From the NCBI GenBank assembly GCA_052426225.1, contig JBNJNM010000011.1:4154001-4218000 (forward strand): DNA of 64,000 nucleotides, in the 5' to 3' direction. The notes beneath the pieces are model-generated. The model ran no database searches, was not told the DNA's origin, and saw only the letters and a list, made by a program, of their open reading frames with translations. The position numbers and the translations under genes are program-made. The DNA is from Zancudomyces culisetae HAW-14-8. Lineage: Eukaryota > Fungi > Kickxellomycota. Position 1 is the first letter of the stretch, and each line of letters begins with the position of its first letter. Positions 19,329-30,400 of the stretch are shown here, piece after piece.

Positions 19329-22300
19329 ATGGCGTATAATTTTAACCAAGAACTGCTCGTTGAGAGCAGGTCGTCAGAGAACTTTTTTCTTTCGGATATG
19401 AGAAACAAGTTCACATCTGGGTGCAGGAATATAGAGCATAACTCACCAAAGATAGAGAACAACACCATCAACAAAGTTCTTGAAACTGATGGGCTTGAAA
19501 AAAGTAATATCAGAGATGATGCTTTCAATGAAATGGATATCAAAGATTCTTCAGTGTACGAGTTAAATTTAGAAACTGATACGGAAGCAGAAGTAGAGTT
19601 TGGTGTAGACATATATAAGAGTCGAAAAAACAGTGTTTCGAATAATTTGACGACAGAAAACATAAAAAAAGAAAAAAGAACTGGTACAGAGAATAAAGAA
19701 AACAGGGGAAAAGAAATTAACTGGTCAAGGGGAACCACGCTCGTTTGTAAAGGAACCGAGAGTGAAAAGGGGTATAGAGGAGCCAAGCCTGTGGAAAAGG
19801 GCAAAGAAGGCACATCCAAAAAGGAATCGAGCAAAAAAGAGAAGGATGATGTGGACTTCTTAGATATTGAAAAAAAGGCGAGCCCCAAAATTCGCAGAGG
19901 ACATACCCTTTCTCCAAAAAGGAATTCAAATTGTGATCTTTCAATAGAATCAATCGGTAAAGATTCACCAATGACAAACCTGAAAAGAAGAAGCTATAGT
20001 TTACATTCACCAGAATCCTCAACAGGAAACAGGAGCACAGATCCAAAAACAGCCAGGGTGCTATCTGGTCAAGAAAAGGTTAAAACGCGTGGCAAACGTA
20101 GCGATAAAACGTATGATTTGAGTCAACAGGTAGTTGAGGAGGATAAAAGCACAGAAAATAAGATAAAATCGGTTAAAAGAAAGTACGTAATGAGAGAGAT
20201 TTTGAAGACAGAAGAGGATTATGTTGCTGATTTGACGCTACTGGAAATTTATTTTATTAAGCCGCTAATAAGCAAAAAAATAATATCACCAAAACAAATA
20301 AACAGTATAATAAGGAATATAAGATTAATTACAAAGCTACATCAAAAGTTGGCAAATATCTTGGAAAAAGCTGGAGACAACGTATATGAAATGGCAAAGG
20401 GTATGGAGTCAGTAGTAAGTGATTTTGGGCTATACGTTGAATACTGTACCAACCACAATGGTTGTATATGTGTACTGGAATCACTGAAAAAAAACGCAGA
20501 GTGGACCCTGTTTCTGATGGAGTTTCAGTCCATAGTTAACCATAGGTATGGTAATAAGCGGTTAGAGCTAAGTGATTACCTGATTAAACCAATCCAAAGA
20601 ATCTGTAAATACCCCCTGTTTTTAAGGGAGTTGATATCATATAGTGAGAAGGATCAACCCGAAAATAAAATATTAAACGCAGTGCTCGTCTCATTGACAG
20701 ATGCATGTGAAAAAATCAATACCGCGCAAAAAAAGCAGGATTTAATGGAGCTGACATCAAGGTACATCGGGATGTACAAAGATAACGAGTATTTGCCGAT
20801 AAAACTGGTTAAAAAGTTGGGTGATATTCTATTGTCTGGAACTTTAGATGTGCTTAACTATGACCAAACATCGCTTAAAGTGAAGAGTTATGGCTGTGTG
20901 CTATTTAAGAGATTTTTTATAGTGAATAGGATAAAAAAGGCAAACCAATACGAGCCAAAATATTGGTTTCCGCTTCATACAATGAATGTGCAGGTCATTT
21001 ACCACAACGGAGAGAATCCAGCATGGTCGTGGAGATTGGTTCATATCAATACGCATCAGTATATGGATTTTTCCTCCTATTCTACAACCGAAAACGAGTT
21101 GTGGTACGAAAAGATTAGTGCTTGTATTGAAGAAAGTAAAAAAAGAGTAAATAAAATAAAAAGAAGGGGGAAATATAGTGAACCAATGGCTAGGAATAGC
21201 AGCAATATGCTGAGAGGAATGGACAAAAAATCGCATAATTACCTGATACCTTATATAGAAACGTCAAGTCAAAGTAGTGGAGAGCATGGTCAAAAGACAA
21301 GCGAGGAAGGATCACCTATACAGGTTGAACCGCGCAGTACAAAACTAACTGCAGCTGAGTATACTCGTAGTGAGACAAGTCCAGATATTAATGACATCAA
21401 ATTGTTTTCGTTTCTAAAGACTCAAAATAACCAAAGTTCTAATGGCTTTCCCAATCAACTAAGGAGCATCAAGTCAAGCATTGCAGTGTCCGGGATAAAA
21501 CGTGAAATTGTAGAAAAGAGATTCCAGCACACTACCTCAACTGAGATCCTGAGTTGCAGGGCGTTTTCCAAGATGAACAATCAAGAAGCAAAGAGCTCAC
21601 CACTGCTACGTACATCTGGAGTTGAGATTAAGCACGTTGATTCGCAAGCTGCAATCAATAGCTTTAGAAAGGGGAGTGACAGCAGTTTTTTGAACAAAAA
21701 GACAATTGTAAATAACCAAAACCTTGGTGAAGGCAACACACGACAGTTTGACGATTTTAAGACGCAAAATTCTAAACTCACGCATCATGATGATACTGAA
21801 AAAAATTTGATCAACCAAAAGAGTAGCTTTGCTTTTTCTAAAGATAAAGATGGTGGCAATTTGGTAGCCCCCCTTGATGATGATACAGCTCAGAAAGATA
21901 TAAATGACATCAGCAAATACTTACCACCAAGTGAGAGATTTACTCGACCACAAACACAACATGGCCACCCAGGTTATGGAAGATCACCCCACATGAATAT
22001 CTTTAACTCTACAAAGGAGCTGTACCATAATGCCATTTTAAGCATTGTAGAAAAGAAAAACATGTTGGAATCGTTTGCTCAGCACGCCAAGACGCCGACA
22101 CTAAAGAGTAAAAAAGACATACCCATCAAAAGATGTTACAGCAAGGGTGATTACCAAAACGATGCATACCAGAGAATAGACGCGCAGTTTAGCATCAATA
22201 ATTGTGACGCTGGGCATATCAGAGGCATCCAACATGTATACCCCGGAGGTAATACTGAAGTAGACATTCCTGAATATAAACTTCCAAACTCTTATACTGT

Positions 22301-22718
22301 TGAATACAAAAAGTTAAGTGAAAGCCAAAAAAGCATAAAAAGCACTCTAACCAGACCAAATGTTAGTACTACAAAGAGTGAAAGTGTAAAACATAGCAGA
22401 CAGGCTACAAACACGAATAAGGCTGATATACACTCAGCCCCGTTTAAGAGCCCAAAGGCAACAGCACTAAAACATCTCAGAAAAAGCAGTAAAGACGAGG
22501 TGGTGGTCTATAGCACCGAGGAATTAGAGACAGAGGGTGGTCAAGTAACAGAAAGAAGAAAATCGTGGGCAGTCTCTTCTGTTGGAAATGGAAAGTTATT
22601 GAGAAGGCAGGATTCAAAGACAGAGACGTTGGCAGATGCGCAGAAGGAGTGGAAAGAGAAATCTTCAAAATTTTTGGTGGTGCTTGAGAAGCTGAGCTTG
22701 TCTAAGCGAAAGACTTGA
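19329..22718 (+). CDS. Rho guanine nucleotide exchange factor (DH-PH domains)
   Basis: KRKYVMREILKTEEDYVADL, YVEYCTNH, LSDYLIKPIQRICKYPLFLREL and CEKIN, followed by a PH domain (YGCVLFKRFFIV...ENELWYEKI). Confidence 0.95.
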   Translation: MAYNFNQELLVESRSSENFFLSDMRNKFTSGCRNIEHNSPKIENNTINKVLETDGLEKSNIRDDAFNEMDIKDSSVYELNLETDTEAEVEFGVDIYKSRKNSVSNNLTTENIKKEKRTGTENKENRGKEINWSRGTTLVCKGTESEKGYRGAKPVEKGKEGTSKKESSKKEKDDVDFLDIEKKASPKIRRGHTLSPKRNSNCDLSIESIGKDSPMTNLKRRSYSLHSPESSTGNRSTDPKTARVLSGQEKVKTRGKRSDKTYDLSQQVVEEDKSTENKIKSVKRKYVMREILKTEEDYVADLTLLEIYFIKPLISKKIISPKQINSIIRNIRLITKLHQKLANILEKAGDNVYEMAKGMESVVSDFGLYVEYCTNHNGCICVLESLKKNAEWTLFLMEFQSIVNHRYGNKRLELSDYLIKPIQRICKYPLFLRELISYSEKDQPENKILNAVLVSLTDACEKINTAQKKQDLMELTSRYIGMYKDNEYLPIKLVKKLGDILLSGTLDVLNYDQTSLKVKSYGCVLFKRFFIVNRIKKANQYEPKYWFPLHTMNVQVIYHNGENPAWSWRLVHINTHQYMDFSSYSTTENELWYEKISACIEESKKRVNKIKRRGKYSEPMARNSSNMLRGMDKKSHNYLIPYIETSSQSSGEHGQKTSEEGSPIQVEPRSTKLTAAEYTRSETSPDINDIKLFSFLKTQNNQSSNGFPNQLRSIKSSIAVSGIKREIVEKRFQHTTSTEILSCRAFSKMNNQEAKSSPLLRTSGVEIKHVDSQAAINSFRKGSDSSFLNKKTIVNNQNLGEGNTRQFDDFKTQNSKLTHHDDTEKNLINQKSSFAFSKDKDGGNLVAPLDDDTAQKDINDISKYLPPSERFTRPQTQHGHPGYGRSPHMNIFNSTKELYHNAILSIVEKKNMLESFAQHAKTPTLKSKKDIPIKRCYSKGDYQNDAYQRIDAQFSINNCDAGHIRGIQHVYPGGNTEVDIPEYKLPNSYTVEYKKLSESQKSIKSTLTRPNVSTTKSESVKHSRQATNTNKADIHSAPFKSPKATALKHLRKSSKDEVVVYSTEELETEGGQVTERRKSWAVSSVGNGKLLRRQDSKTETLADAQKEWKEKSSKFLVVLEKLSLSKRKT

Positions 22719-23662
22719 ACATACAAGTGCTTTTTTTTATTGTGCAGGAGGTTATTCAATTGTAATATTTATAGTGTAGTGATATATATGTAGCAACATT
22801 TTTTATTTGCGCAAAGTTAATTTTGTATTTTAAAGAAATTATATTACACCAATACTCGAATAAAACTCGAATACAAATGTACACACAATTTCGCAGAATA
22901 GTTTTCACATGGCTCATGCATTGCTGCAAACAGCCTAGTGTTCGTTTTGATTTTTTGTTTTTTTAAAAATAATGGTGAGAGTGTATGGGTACCTCTACAC
23001 CGACAAGGATTTAAAGATACATCCAAGTTGGCTCAAACTAAAATACCCAGATTCTCAATTCTCGTTAGAGAAATTGAAAAAAATCTTATATGAAGCGGGA
23101 ACCGACCTATAAAAACGGGAGAAAATAATATAGGCAACTGTTTTTTCCAGTTTTCTGGAAAAAAATCTTCAAACGGATTTTTGTAATTGTTCAAATAATC
23201 TCAGACTTTGGGGGAAAAACGTTGATATTTATACTGAAAAAAAGAGAAAGAAAGAGTAAAAAAAAAATTTTTCTGCAAACATGAAAAAAAAAAGCTCAAT
23301 TATTCTTGGGAAAAAAGTGGGAAAGGTTCCAGAGAAACAAAAAGTGTTCTGGGAATTGCGCTTGGAAGCAAAAGTAAACCATAAATGTCTGGATTATGGG
23401 GAAAAAATAAATCAAAAAAAAATCCCTGCAAACTTGCAAACTACGCCTACTAACAAAAACAAAAAACACATTTGGGCGCGCATACAAACAAAATACGAAT
23501 ACAAAGAGCAATAAGTGGTAAAAACAATTTATTATTCAATACGAACACATTCTGCATAAAGAGCTACATAGATAAATTAGAGTAAAGCAAGTAAAAATAT
23601 ATAACTGACAAACACACACACGTACACAAAAAAAGGGGAACAACATAAAAACACGAGTGCAA

Positions 23663-26009
23663 CTAGTAGCGTCTGGGTGGGCTGCGTTCTGAATTGTTGG
23701 GCCTCATGTATGGGTGCGGGGGGTGAGAGGAGGATGGTGGTGGGTGGGGTGGACTCCTGTCGATATCCATTGGTCGGCCACGAGAGTTGTGGCCCGGAAA
23801 TGGAGGCCCAGGCCTTGCCCTAAATCGCTGGTCGTCGCGGTCAAAAGTGCGATCATAGCGAGGCCGGTCACGGTATTCATAGGGAGGATGAGCCGAATCA
23901 TAAGAGCGCTGATGTACAGGGCTGCGTGGAGGATTTCCAGGCCCTGGGTAGCGACGGTCTCTGTAGTAGTCGTCCTTGCGAGGCGCAGGATAAGCCCTGG
24001 GATCGGCAGGTGGGCGTTGGCGTGGACCATCGTAGGGTGGGCGGCGAGCATATGGTGGAGGATTCGGATGAGGTGCAGAGCGGCCGGGAGATCGCGAACG
24101 ATCAAATCTGCGCCGGGAGTCGTAAGGTGAAGGAGGCCTGCGAGTTGGTGGAGGTCCGCGAGAGTCGTAGCGGGGATCGGAGTAACGCTCTGAATCGCGG
24201 TAAGAGCCGCGGGGAGGCCCACGAGAATCACCAAAGCGGCCATCGTCAAAGCGGCCGCGAGAGGGAGGAGGTCCGGCGGGGTTGCGAGGGCGGTCGTACA
24301 GGCGGTTGCGCGAAAATGGTGGGCGGTCACGATCGCGGTCATTGTGGCGTCTAGATGGATCGTAAGTATATCCAGTCGAGGTGGGGTTAGGAGAGTGAGC
24401 CCTCCGAGTAATAGAATAATCTACGCGGATACTGCGTCCCTCCACTGTTGTCCCGTTTGTTCCGTTGCGCGCTTTAGTAGCAGACTCCACGCCGTCCATA
24501 GTAACAAAGCCAAAGCCACGTGACCGCTTAGGTTCCTCCTTGTCGTAAACAAGTGTGACTTTTTCAACTTTTCCGTACTTGGAAAACAAATCCATAAGGT
24601 TTTCTTCAGTAGTGTAGAGACTCAGCCCAAACACTCCAAGGATGTTTGTGGGTTCGGGATTATCCTATCAATGAAAAATTTGGGTTAGTTTTATTTTACT
24701 CTATTTTTTTTTACCTGTAAATGATATAATATTATTCGTATAGTTGAAATTGGTATTGAATTCAGAGTTTAAGTGAAAATGTTCTTGAAGAAAAAGAAAT
24801 AAAGTTGAGAGTATTCAAGTGTTGATGTTTCTTTGATAGTTAGCATGTGTACAAGGTGTTGAAGCTTATTCTTGTTTCTAAACTGGGATTGGCGTTCATT
24901 TCTACAAATTGTGACTGTTCTTACCCTAGTATTTCCTTCTCTATTGTTTATTAATTTTGTTTCGTTATGTTGGAAATCACGTTTACATATTATTATATTA
25001 TATATTTTGTTTTGTTAGCAATCATTCTGGATGATTAGTGCATATAATCTGGTATTTTCTTTTAATTTCCAAGTTGTTTTAACTATATTATCAACATATT
25101 TCCTCTTAGCTGTTTACACAACCTCGAATCACATTATTCTACAATCATTTCTTGCTGTTTTCTCTTTGTCATTATTTATTGCTATATCTTTTCATTTTCC
25201 CAACACTTAAACTCGTTGAATGTTATAAGTGAGTTCATGGTATTGTGTAGGCGTTTTGAATGCTTAACATCGAGTTTTAACAATAGTATTAAATTGTTCA
25301 TTTTGAACCTTCGTGGAATATTTTATTCTTCCAATTCATCCATCCATTAATTCATTCATAAAATTGATTATATCTTTTCGACATTAAATAAAACTCCAAA
25401 ACCAAACAAATATTCGAGTCCCATATTATTATATCCCACCACACTTATTCGCTTCCTTCCCATCAAAAAAATAATATGGTGGCAAGGTACCAATAAAATG
25501 AATTGCTGCCAAAAGTTTTTTGAATTACAGCTAAATTATCAAAATAATGAAATATAGATAAAGATCACAACGGAACGCAACACTTACTTTATGTATCCCT
25601 CTCCAGGGGTAAATCTCTCAGATGCTTCCACACCCCTTTGTTCGGGTGCGGTACCTTTGACATCTATCTCTCCACCCCAGCCAGCTGCATCGCCTTGTTC
25701 ATCTCTGTACCGAGACCTCTCTTCAGATTCACCAGGTTCTTGCCAGCTGGAGTTGTAGCCATTGTTTTCTCTGGGGGATTTTTCCCAGCCGGAAGATTCT
25801 GCCGCTGGTCTCTCTCTTTCTTCGTAGGCGTCTCCCATGTTCTTATCTTCACCATTACCATTCTCTATGTCGTTTTTTTGTGTGGGTGACTTGCTGCCTC
25901 TTTCTTGTTCACCCTCTGATAAAAATTGTTCAGCATCTGCGGGATTTGCACCCATCATCAAGTCTGGCTCTACGGAAAGGGGTTCAGATTGCATGACTGG
26001 TGTTGGCAT
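23663..26009 (-). CDS. TRA2: Transformer-2-like RRM splicing factor (3 exons including a 16-nt microexon, 479 aa)
   Basis: Exons 26009-25588, 24940-24925 and 24664-23663 total 1440 nt and read ...GYIKEGNTRDNPEPTNILGVFGLSLYTTE...RSRGFGFV...RSIRVDYSITRRAHSP. This is the Tra2 RRM signature, followed by an R/D/P/Y-rich tail. Confidence 0.88.
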
Positions 26010-27429
26010 TTTCTACTTTCTATTTAGTTGTAAGCCACTCAATTATGTACTTTTTGCTCTTATTTTTTCGGTCGATCTATAGTTGATAGCTGTAATCTTT
26101 TCTAAAAATGAAATAAGCAATACTGTTCTGGCCTGCTGGTTTGTTTTTTCTTATTTTTTGCTCTTATTTACACAAGTTAAATAAACCTTGTTAGCGTTTC
26201 TCCAGTTTAATTTTTTTCACTTATCATATTAGGGTTTTGTCTCTGTTTTTGTTTTTTTAATTGGAGAATACAGCTCCAGAATTTTTACTTCAATGCAGTT
26301 AGGTGACGAAAAACTCACACCAAAGGCGAATAAATGCGTAATTACTATTGGCGAGCAGGGAATGCAAAATAAAAAATTTTTTTTTCAGACTACTCGTGGC
26401 GGAATAATTTTGCTGGATATGAATTACTTAAAAACTAAACATGCAACGAAGAATGCTATTTTGTAGAAAAGCTCGCATTGCATGTAGAAGTTTCCCGAAA
26501 TGCTTTGCTAGTCGAAGAAAAGGATTAAAAATAAAAATAAAAATAAAACGAGGAAAATTCTCAGTTGTGTAATTGCAAATGGAACGAATTGTAAACGAGA
26601 ACAGCATTGTTTAAATGAACAACACTCCAACGAAATAGACATTGGTAGGCAGAATGATCTGTTAGCTTCCTGTTATCGCGTTTGTATTTAGAAAAACTCA
26701 GAATATAAGATTAAGATTGTATGTGCTTCAAAAGAAAAAAAGGAGTTTATCTGTTTACACAAAACGGTATAGTAGAGTTGAAAATCCAAACTGAACAAGA
26801 AATTGGATTAATCTTATTTTGGATCAGGGTTGAGACAAGGTATCTTTGATGAGCGAGTTTTTTATAATAGAAAGTTTTATTTTTTAGATTTTTTTTGCTT
26901 CGAATTGTACAAAACTAGGAGTAGGTATGAAAAAAATACCAAAACTAAGTAATTGCCATCTTTTATACACTCAATCTTTGACTTTTTTTTCTTATTGTGC
27001 TAATTTCTGAGACTTTGTTAAATCATTTTAGCCCAATTCACGTGAGAAGTTCAAATTGAAAACTCGATGTAAAAAAAAATAAAGAAAAAGAAAACTGATC
27101 AAAGGTTTTTGGTTGTTATGCTTGATGCAAACACGACCAAAAAAAAAAAAAAAAATTTAAGCGCAAAAGAAAAAAATTTTTTTTTTGCGTAAACTTATAG
27201 AGTTTATTGGTAATTGGGATTTAAACTCCAAGAAATCTTGGTACATCTAAACTTTATGACTTTACATTTATAGAAATACAGAGTATATTCATATTGTTAT
27301 ACCAGAGATATACACTGGCTTTATATATCCAAGCAAATATTGTAAATAGATTTTAATTTAATAAAAAGTCTCACATATAAAACTAAAAAAGAAAAATATA
27401 AAAAGACTTTGAGCAATTCAGAAAAAACA

Positions 27430-30400
27430 ATGGATAAAATAGAAGTATATAGCCACGACAACGATGGGGATATGGAATTTGTGAATCCATTTTCCATAGA
27501 TCTAGTGCGGGCTATGGAGGTACTGCACGAAAATAGAGAACAGGCTATTGGTAAATGCAAATGCGGGAGCAGGGTAATAACTAGGGTGTTTGACCAAGTT
27601 GAGCAGTGGATAGTGCGGAACAAAGGGACGACGAGTACATATAGAAATAGAGATACAACTAGATATACAGCAGAGGGTGATGCAGCTGAAATGATGGATA
27701 TTGACAGTGAAGATGGTGGGCGGCAAGAACAAGCAAGGCAAGAACAAGCAAGGCAAGGGTTGGATTTGGTTTCCATGTTGCTGCTTGGAGAGGGGCTTGG
27801 AATACTGGAGCGGGGAGAGTGTTTTACAACCAACACGAAAACTTGTTGTAGCATCCATCAATCACGCCTAGAAACAATAAACCGCGGCGGAATAAGATAT
27901 AACGAAGATGAAGGAGAACTGACGTATTTGGTTGCACGAATATTTGGTCCGCTCTTAATAGAGCTAGTCAGTCGATGGTTGACTGAGCGGGTGGAGCGGA
28001 TGGTCAAGACAGAGTTCATAGTCGATACCGACAAAGACGTGAAATACAGATTTGTAGTTGCATATACAATTGGGCAGTTGGTAGGAGTATGGACATATTT
28101 ATCAGGACAGATCGAAAAGATAGTCGGAATAAATGATGTATGGGTAAACCAAGACTTTGAACAGAGTAACAATTATGGTGTTAAAAATGCTGGAAACGTT
28201 GAGCTAAAGTTGGCAAGGATGTTTACAATGTATCGTGTGATTGGGGCAATCAATGAGAGAATGGGCCAAACGGAGGCGGAAACCTTGCTCAATACATTCA
28301 AAATGCAGGTGTATGGCGATTTGATGGCCAAAGAAGAAATAGTGCGGTACATGGCGGTCCAGATAATTGGAAGAGTAGAAAACATGGCCTGGAGAGAGAT
28401 GCGAGAAATGGAAACGAAATGGGTGAAAAGCGAGAGTATCGAACAGAGAAACGTGGAGTTTAATGCAAAAGAGGAGCGGGAGAAAAGAGAGAAGCAAAGT
28501 AACTTGATGATCGCGCATAACGAGCGGTATAATAAGGGAGAAATAATGTCAGGAAAGGAAGAAAGGAATGGATGGATCACAGAGAGCGACATAGACGAAA
28601 AGGTGGCAAATGTTTATGGAGTTTTATTAGCAAAAAACAATTCAAAGAGAAGTTCACGTGGAAGTATACAAGAAAATGGAATAGAACACCAGGAGAGTAA
28701 GGAAAACAAGGCCAAAGAGGTGGTAGGAACCAAACATGCGAGAGAAACAATGAGAAAATTGGCTCTTGCAGTATCGCAGCACCAGGCAATGTTGTTGTAT
28801 GGACCTGGAGGCAGTGGTAAAACAACGATGATTGAGGAATTGGCAAGAATAACAGGTAATGAACTGGTGAAGATCCACTTGGGTGATCAAAGCGATGCCA
28901 AGGTACTTCTGGGAACATATATAAGCGGTGAGAAGCAAGGTGAGTTTGAGTGGCAGCAAGGAATTTTGAGCATAGGAGTACAGTCAGGAAAATGGGTTTT
29001 GGTTGAGGATATCGATAAGGCTCCAGATGAAGTCGCTTCAGTGTTAATTGGACTGTTGGAGAGCCGAGAGCTGTTTATCCCGGGGAGAGGCGAGAGAATA
29101 AAGGCACATAGTCAATTTGAGCTGTTTGGTACAGTTTCGTTATCAGTACCGACAGACTTTGGAAGAACACAAGGAAGTGGGGTTACAATGATGAGAGGAA
29201 TAGCAGGAAACAACAACTGGAACCGTGTTGAGGTGCGACAAATGAGCAGTGAAGAGATGGCAGCAGTTGTGGCATGTAGATACGGGATCTTGGGACGGTA
29301 TAGCAACGATATGGTGGAACTTTACGAACGGATAAGGCAAGAGCTTATAGAAGCAGCGGAGGGAGGTAGTTTGTATAGTAAAGGGTACGTGGGAGCACGA
29401 GATTTGTTGCGATGGTCAAAGAGAGTAGACCACTATATCAGACAATCAGCATACTGGTGTAATCATGTGGATAGAGTGTTTGATACAGCAGAGGGGAGGT
29501 ACTTGATGTTTGTGGAGGCGAGTGATGTGTTTTGTGGTTCAGAACAAGATTACGAAAAGTGGGTCGAGAAGCTGAAGCGACTGGGAGAGATTTTGGGGGT
29601 GGCAGAGCAACGTGTGGACCATTATATTGATGGCAAAGAAATAGAAGTAAACATGGATGTAAAAGCTTCAACACATAACAACAATCGTGAAGGAATGGTG
29701 ACGATAGGGAGAGCAAAGCTGAGAAGTAAACGTGATAGGCACAGTGTTCGTGGGCACACAGGCGGACGCGGTCGAAAGCCATTTGCAACAACCCGGGGTG
29801 CAAGCAAGTTGATGGAAAAGATTGCGGTAAGTGTGGAGCTTAATGAGCCAGTAATACTATGTGGTGAGACGGGTACAGGGAAAACAACAATAGTGCAGCA
29901 AGTGGCAGATATGATAGGACAGGAATTGATCGTTGTCAATCTGTCACAGCAGAGTGAGACGGGAGACTTGCTGGGAGGTTTTAAGCCGCTTGATCTGCGG
30001 GTAATGGCGGTGGTGCTGAAGGAAGAGTTTGATTGGTTGTTTGAAGAGACATTTTCGATAAAAAAGAACATGCGATATTTAGAAGCAGTTAGGCAGGCTG
30101 TGAACAAAAGCAACTGGAATCGACTAGGGAAATTGTTTTTGGAAGCGTTTAAAATGGCTCAAAAGGCGATTGCAAGCAAAAAAGAAAAGGCACGAGCACA
30201 ATTAGAAAGTCGTGAAGAAAGTAGGTCTGGAAATGGGCAACCCGAAGGAGAAGTAGAAGGAGAAGGAGAAGAAGAAAGAGGTAGTGGTGGTAGTGGTGGT
30301 GGTGGTAAGAGAATAAAAATAGCAGATACGGGTGTGCTAGATCGATTGGCTGAAAAGTGGGATGAGTTCAATGGCAAGACCAAGCGGTTTGTAAGTATTG

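Noticed and set aside
23704-24354. Several overlapping long ORFs in alternative frames of TRA2
   Set aside because: Expected from GC-rich, stop-poor Arg/Pro-coding sequence.
25491-25530. Alternative 40-nt middle exon for TRA2 that also restores the frame
   Set aside because: Weak branch and donor signals, and its peptide (NCNSKNFWQQFILL) does not resemble Tra2; the 16-nt exon fits better.
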